Positions 8,427 through 10,378 of a stretch of DNA of 10,378 bases are shown here, one piece after another; the first letter of the stretch is position 1; every line of letters begins with the position of its first letter. The DNA comes from Candidatus Rokuibacteriota bacterium. GTDB lineage: Bacteria > Methylomirabilota > Methylomirabilia > Rokubacteriales > CSP1-6. The DNA lies in assembly GCA_016184305.1 (NCBI GenBank), contig JACPCX010000102.1:1-10378 (forward strand), written 5' to 3'. The notes beneath the pieces are model-generated. The model did not search any database. It was not told the origin of the DNA and saw nothing but the letters and a program-made list of their open reading frames with translations. The translations under genes were made by a program, and so were the position numbers.

Positions 8427-9203
8427 ATGCCCGTGGCCTGGAGCTACGTCACCGTCGAGAAGACCCCCCCCGTCGCCATCGTCCGCTTCGACCGCAAGGG
8501 AAGCCGCAACGCCTTCAACCAGCACCTCGTCGGCGAGCTCACCGAGGCCGCCCGGGCCTTCCACGACGACCTGGAGACCCAGTGCGTGGTGCTGGCCGGC
8601 GCCCCCGAGGCCTTCTCCGCCGGCGCCGACCTCAAGGACGCCGCCTCCTGGCAGATCGCGGAGCAGAGCGACCTCGAGCGCCGCCGGCGCTTCTACTCCG
8701 GGGTGCGCCTCTGCAAGGCCTGGGAGGAGATGCCCCAGATCACCGTCGCCGCCATGGAGCGCATGGCGGTGGGAGCAGGCTGCGCCATCGCGCTCGCCTG
8801 CGACTGGCGCGTGCTCGGGCGCTCGGCCTTCCTCTATGTCCCCGAGGTGCAGATCGGGCTCAATCTCCAGTGGGGGGCGCTGCCCCGGCTCGTCACGCTG
8901 GTCGGCCCGGCCCGGGCCAAGCGCATCACGCTCCTCTGCGAGAAGATGGACGCGGCCACGGCGCTCGACTGGGGCCTGGTGGATGCCCTGGCGGAGGACG
9001 GCCGCACCGTGGAGGCGGCGCTGGACCTGGCCAGGCGGGCGGCCGCGATGCCTGCCGTCACGGTCAGGCTCATGAAGGAGGCGATCAACGCCACCGCGGG
9101 GGCGCTCCACCGCGCCACCTGCTTCGCCGACGGCGACCAGAGCCAGCTCACGGGGGGCTTCGAGACCGCGCGGGCGGCCCGGGAGGGCTTCGCCAGGCGC
9201 TGA
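8427..9203 (+). CDS. Enoyl-CoA hydratase/isomerase (crotonase) family protein, 258 aa
   Basis: RNAFN, FSAGADLK oxyanion motif, AVGAG..IALACDWR, PEVQIGL and ALDWGLVD motifs; strong SD and promoter upstream. Confidence 0.93.
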   Translation: MPVAWSYVTVEKTPPVAIVRFDRKGSRNAFNQHLVGELTEAARAFHDDLETQCVVLAGAPEAFSAGADLKDAASWQIAEQSDLERRRRFYSGVRLCKAWEEMPQITVAAMERMAVGAGCAIALACDWRVLGRSAFLYVPEVQIGLNLQWGALPRLVTLVGPARAKRITLLCEKMDAATALDWGLVDALAEDGRTVEAALDLARRAAAMPAVTVRLMKEAINATAGALHRATCFADGDQSQLTGGFETARAAREGFARR

Positions 9204-9234
9204 GCCCCGTCGCGCGCGCGGCGGCCGCGCCACG

Positions 9235-9263
9235 TTGACAGCGATGGCGCGAAGCGACATCAT
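9235..9263 (+). promoter_or_regulatory. Candidate sigma70-type promoter for the SDR gene, implying a ~130-nt 5' UTR
   Basis: Perfect TTGACA (9235-9240), 17-bp spacer, CATCAT (9258-9263; imperfect -10). Confidence 0.55.
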
Positions 9264-9398
9264 GCAGCCAGGCAGGGCGAGAGCGCGCACGGTCGCGGAG
9301 CCGCGCGGAAGCGAACATCGGTTCTCACCGGAATCTGTGCGGCCCCCTGTGTAGCGGGCCGCTCCGCCAATCAACTCGCGAGAACAGGGAGAGGACCC

Positions 9399-10181
9399 AT
9401 GGGTTTCCTCGACGGCAGGGTCGCGATCGTCACCGGAGCGTCGAAGGGCATCGGGCGCGCGCTAGGCCTGCGTTTCTCCCTGGAGGGCGCGAAGGTCGCC
9501 TGCGCCGCCCGCTCGGCCGACCTCGTGAAGGAGACGGCTGCGCAGGTGCAGAAGGCCGGCGGCCAGGCCATCGCGGTGGTGTGCGACGCGTCGAACGAGG
9601 ACGCCGTCCGCCGTCTGGTGGAATTGACCGTGAAGGCGTTCGGCAAGATCGACACGCTCGTCAACAACGCGGGCGACGGCGGGCCCACCAAGCCGGTGCA
9701 GGACTACCTGATGGAGGACTGGCGCTACACGATCGACTCCTGCCTGACGTCGTCGTATGTCTGCACCCGCTTCGTCGTGCCCGAGATGATCAAGGCGGGC
9801 GGCGGCGCGATCGTGAACATCTCCTCGATGGCGGGCCGCCGCGGCCTGCCCTACCGCATCGGCTACTGCTCGGCCAAGGCCGGCCAGGTCGGCATGACGT
9901 ACGGCATGGCGGTGGAGCTGGCGCCGCACGGCATCCGCGTCAACTGCGTCGCCCCCGGCGCCGTGGAGGGCGACCGCATCGACCGCGTCATCGCCGGCCA
10001 GGCCGAGGTCCGCGGCATCTCGGTGGACGCGATGCGCAAGGCCATGATCGAGCACGCGCCGCTCAAGCGCATGGTCACCGCCGACGACATCGTGGACGCC
10101 ACGCTCTTCTTCTGCAGTGACATGGCGCGCAGCGTCTCGGGCCAGGTGCTGGCGGTCAACGCGGGGGAGCCGGCGGGCTGA
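9399..10181 (+). CDS. Classical short-chain dehydrogenase/reductase (FabG-like fold), probably NADP(H)-preferring, 260 aa
   Basis: TGASKGIG, NNAG, Ser143 in NISS, Y156-CSA-K160, IRVNCVAPG. Lys in the glycine motif and Arg after beta-2 (AARS) suggest NADP(H). SD GGGAGAGGA upstream of the ATG. Confidence 0.95.
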   Translation: MGFLDGRVAIVTGASKGIGRALGLRFSLEGAKVACAARSADLVKETAAQVQKAGGQAIAVVCDASNEDAVRRLVELTVKAFGKIDTLVNNAGDGGPTKPVQDYLMEDWRYTIDSCLTSSYVCTRFVVPEMIKAGGGAIVNISSMAGRRGLPYRIGYCSAKAGQVGMTYGMAVELAPHGIRVNCVAPGAVEGDRIDRVIAGQAEVRGISVDAMRKAMIEHAPLKRMVTADDIVDATLFFCSDMARSVSGQVLAVNAGEPAG

Positions 10182-10262
10182 CGCGCGAGCGCGAGGGCCG
10201 CCGCGCCGCAGGGCCTCCGGGCTCATCACTTCCGATACGGACGCAGCGGCCGGCGCGGCTCC

Positions 10263-10378
10263 GTGCGCGCGGCGATCGCCAGCGGGCGCTTCAGCGCCGA
10301 GATGATCGGCCTGGAGACCGTGAAGCGCCCGTATTCGGAAGCGGGCGTGCTCGCGCGCTCCCTGGTCGAGAGCGGACA
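10263..10378 (+). other. Possible partial coding sequence running off the window edge (VRAAIASGRFSAEMIGLETVKRPYSEAGVLARSLVESG...); strand and frame uncertain
   Basis: Open frame with G/C-ending codons from GTG 10263 or ATG 10302, but no SD and no recognisable motif. A minus-strand frame sharing the same third positions and ending in TGA near 10226 is also open. Confidence 0.2.

Noticed and set aside
9204..9234. GC hairpin (GCGCGG/CCGCGC) after the crotonase stop as a terminator
   Set aside because: No U-tract follows, and such stems are expected by chance in near-pure GC sequence.
8357..10305. Alternative ORFs 8357-9238, 8379-9374, 9371-9691, 9462-10229, 9581-10120 and 10117-10305
   Set aside because: They overlap the well-supported crotonase and SDR genes off-frame or antisense, with low-complexity translations.

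Overview
High-GC bacterial chromosomal window, mostly housekeeping. A long minus-strand run reads glnS (6576-8270), an epoxide hydrolase-like alpha/beta hydrolase, chrA (chromate transporter), a stand-alone ChrB-C/ChrF-like protein, tRNA-Leu(TAG), tig, clpP, clpX and a glycine-rich RRM protein. Divergently on the plus strand are a crotonase-family gene (8427-9203) and an SDR oxidoreductase (9399-10181), followed by an ambiguous partial ORF at the right edge. I see no integrase, transposase, CRISPR array or defence system, and I cannot honestly claim a new multi-gene system. The best leads are non-coding or subtle: structured leaders upstream of the SDR, chrA (with a coupled small ORF) and the RRM gene; -10 boxes exactly 6 nt from the ATG of glnS and clpP (leaderless-type starts); and catalytic-site substitutions in trigger factor, the crotonase and the SDR. 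All were read by eye and none has been computationally verified.
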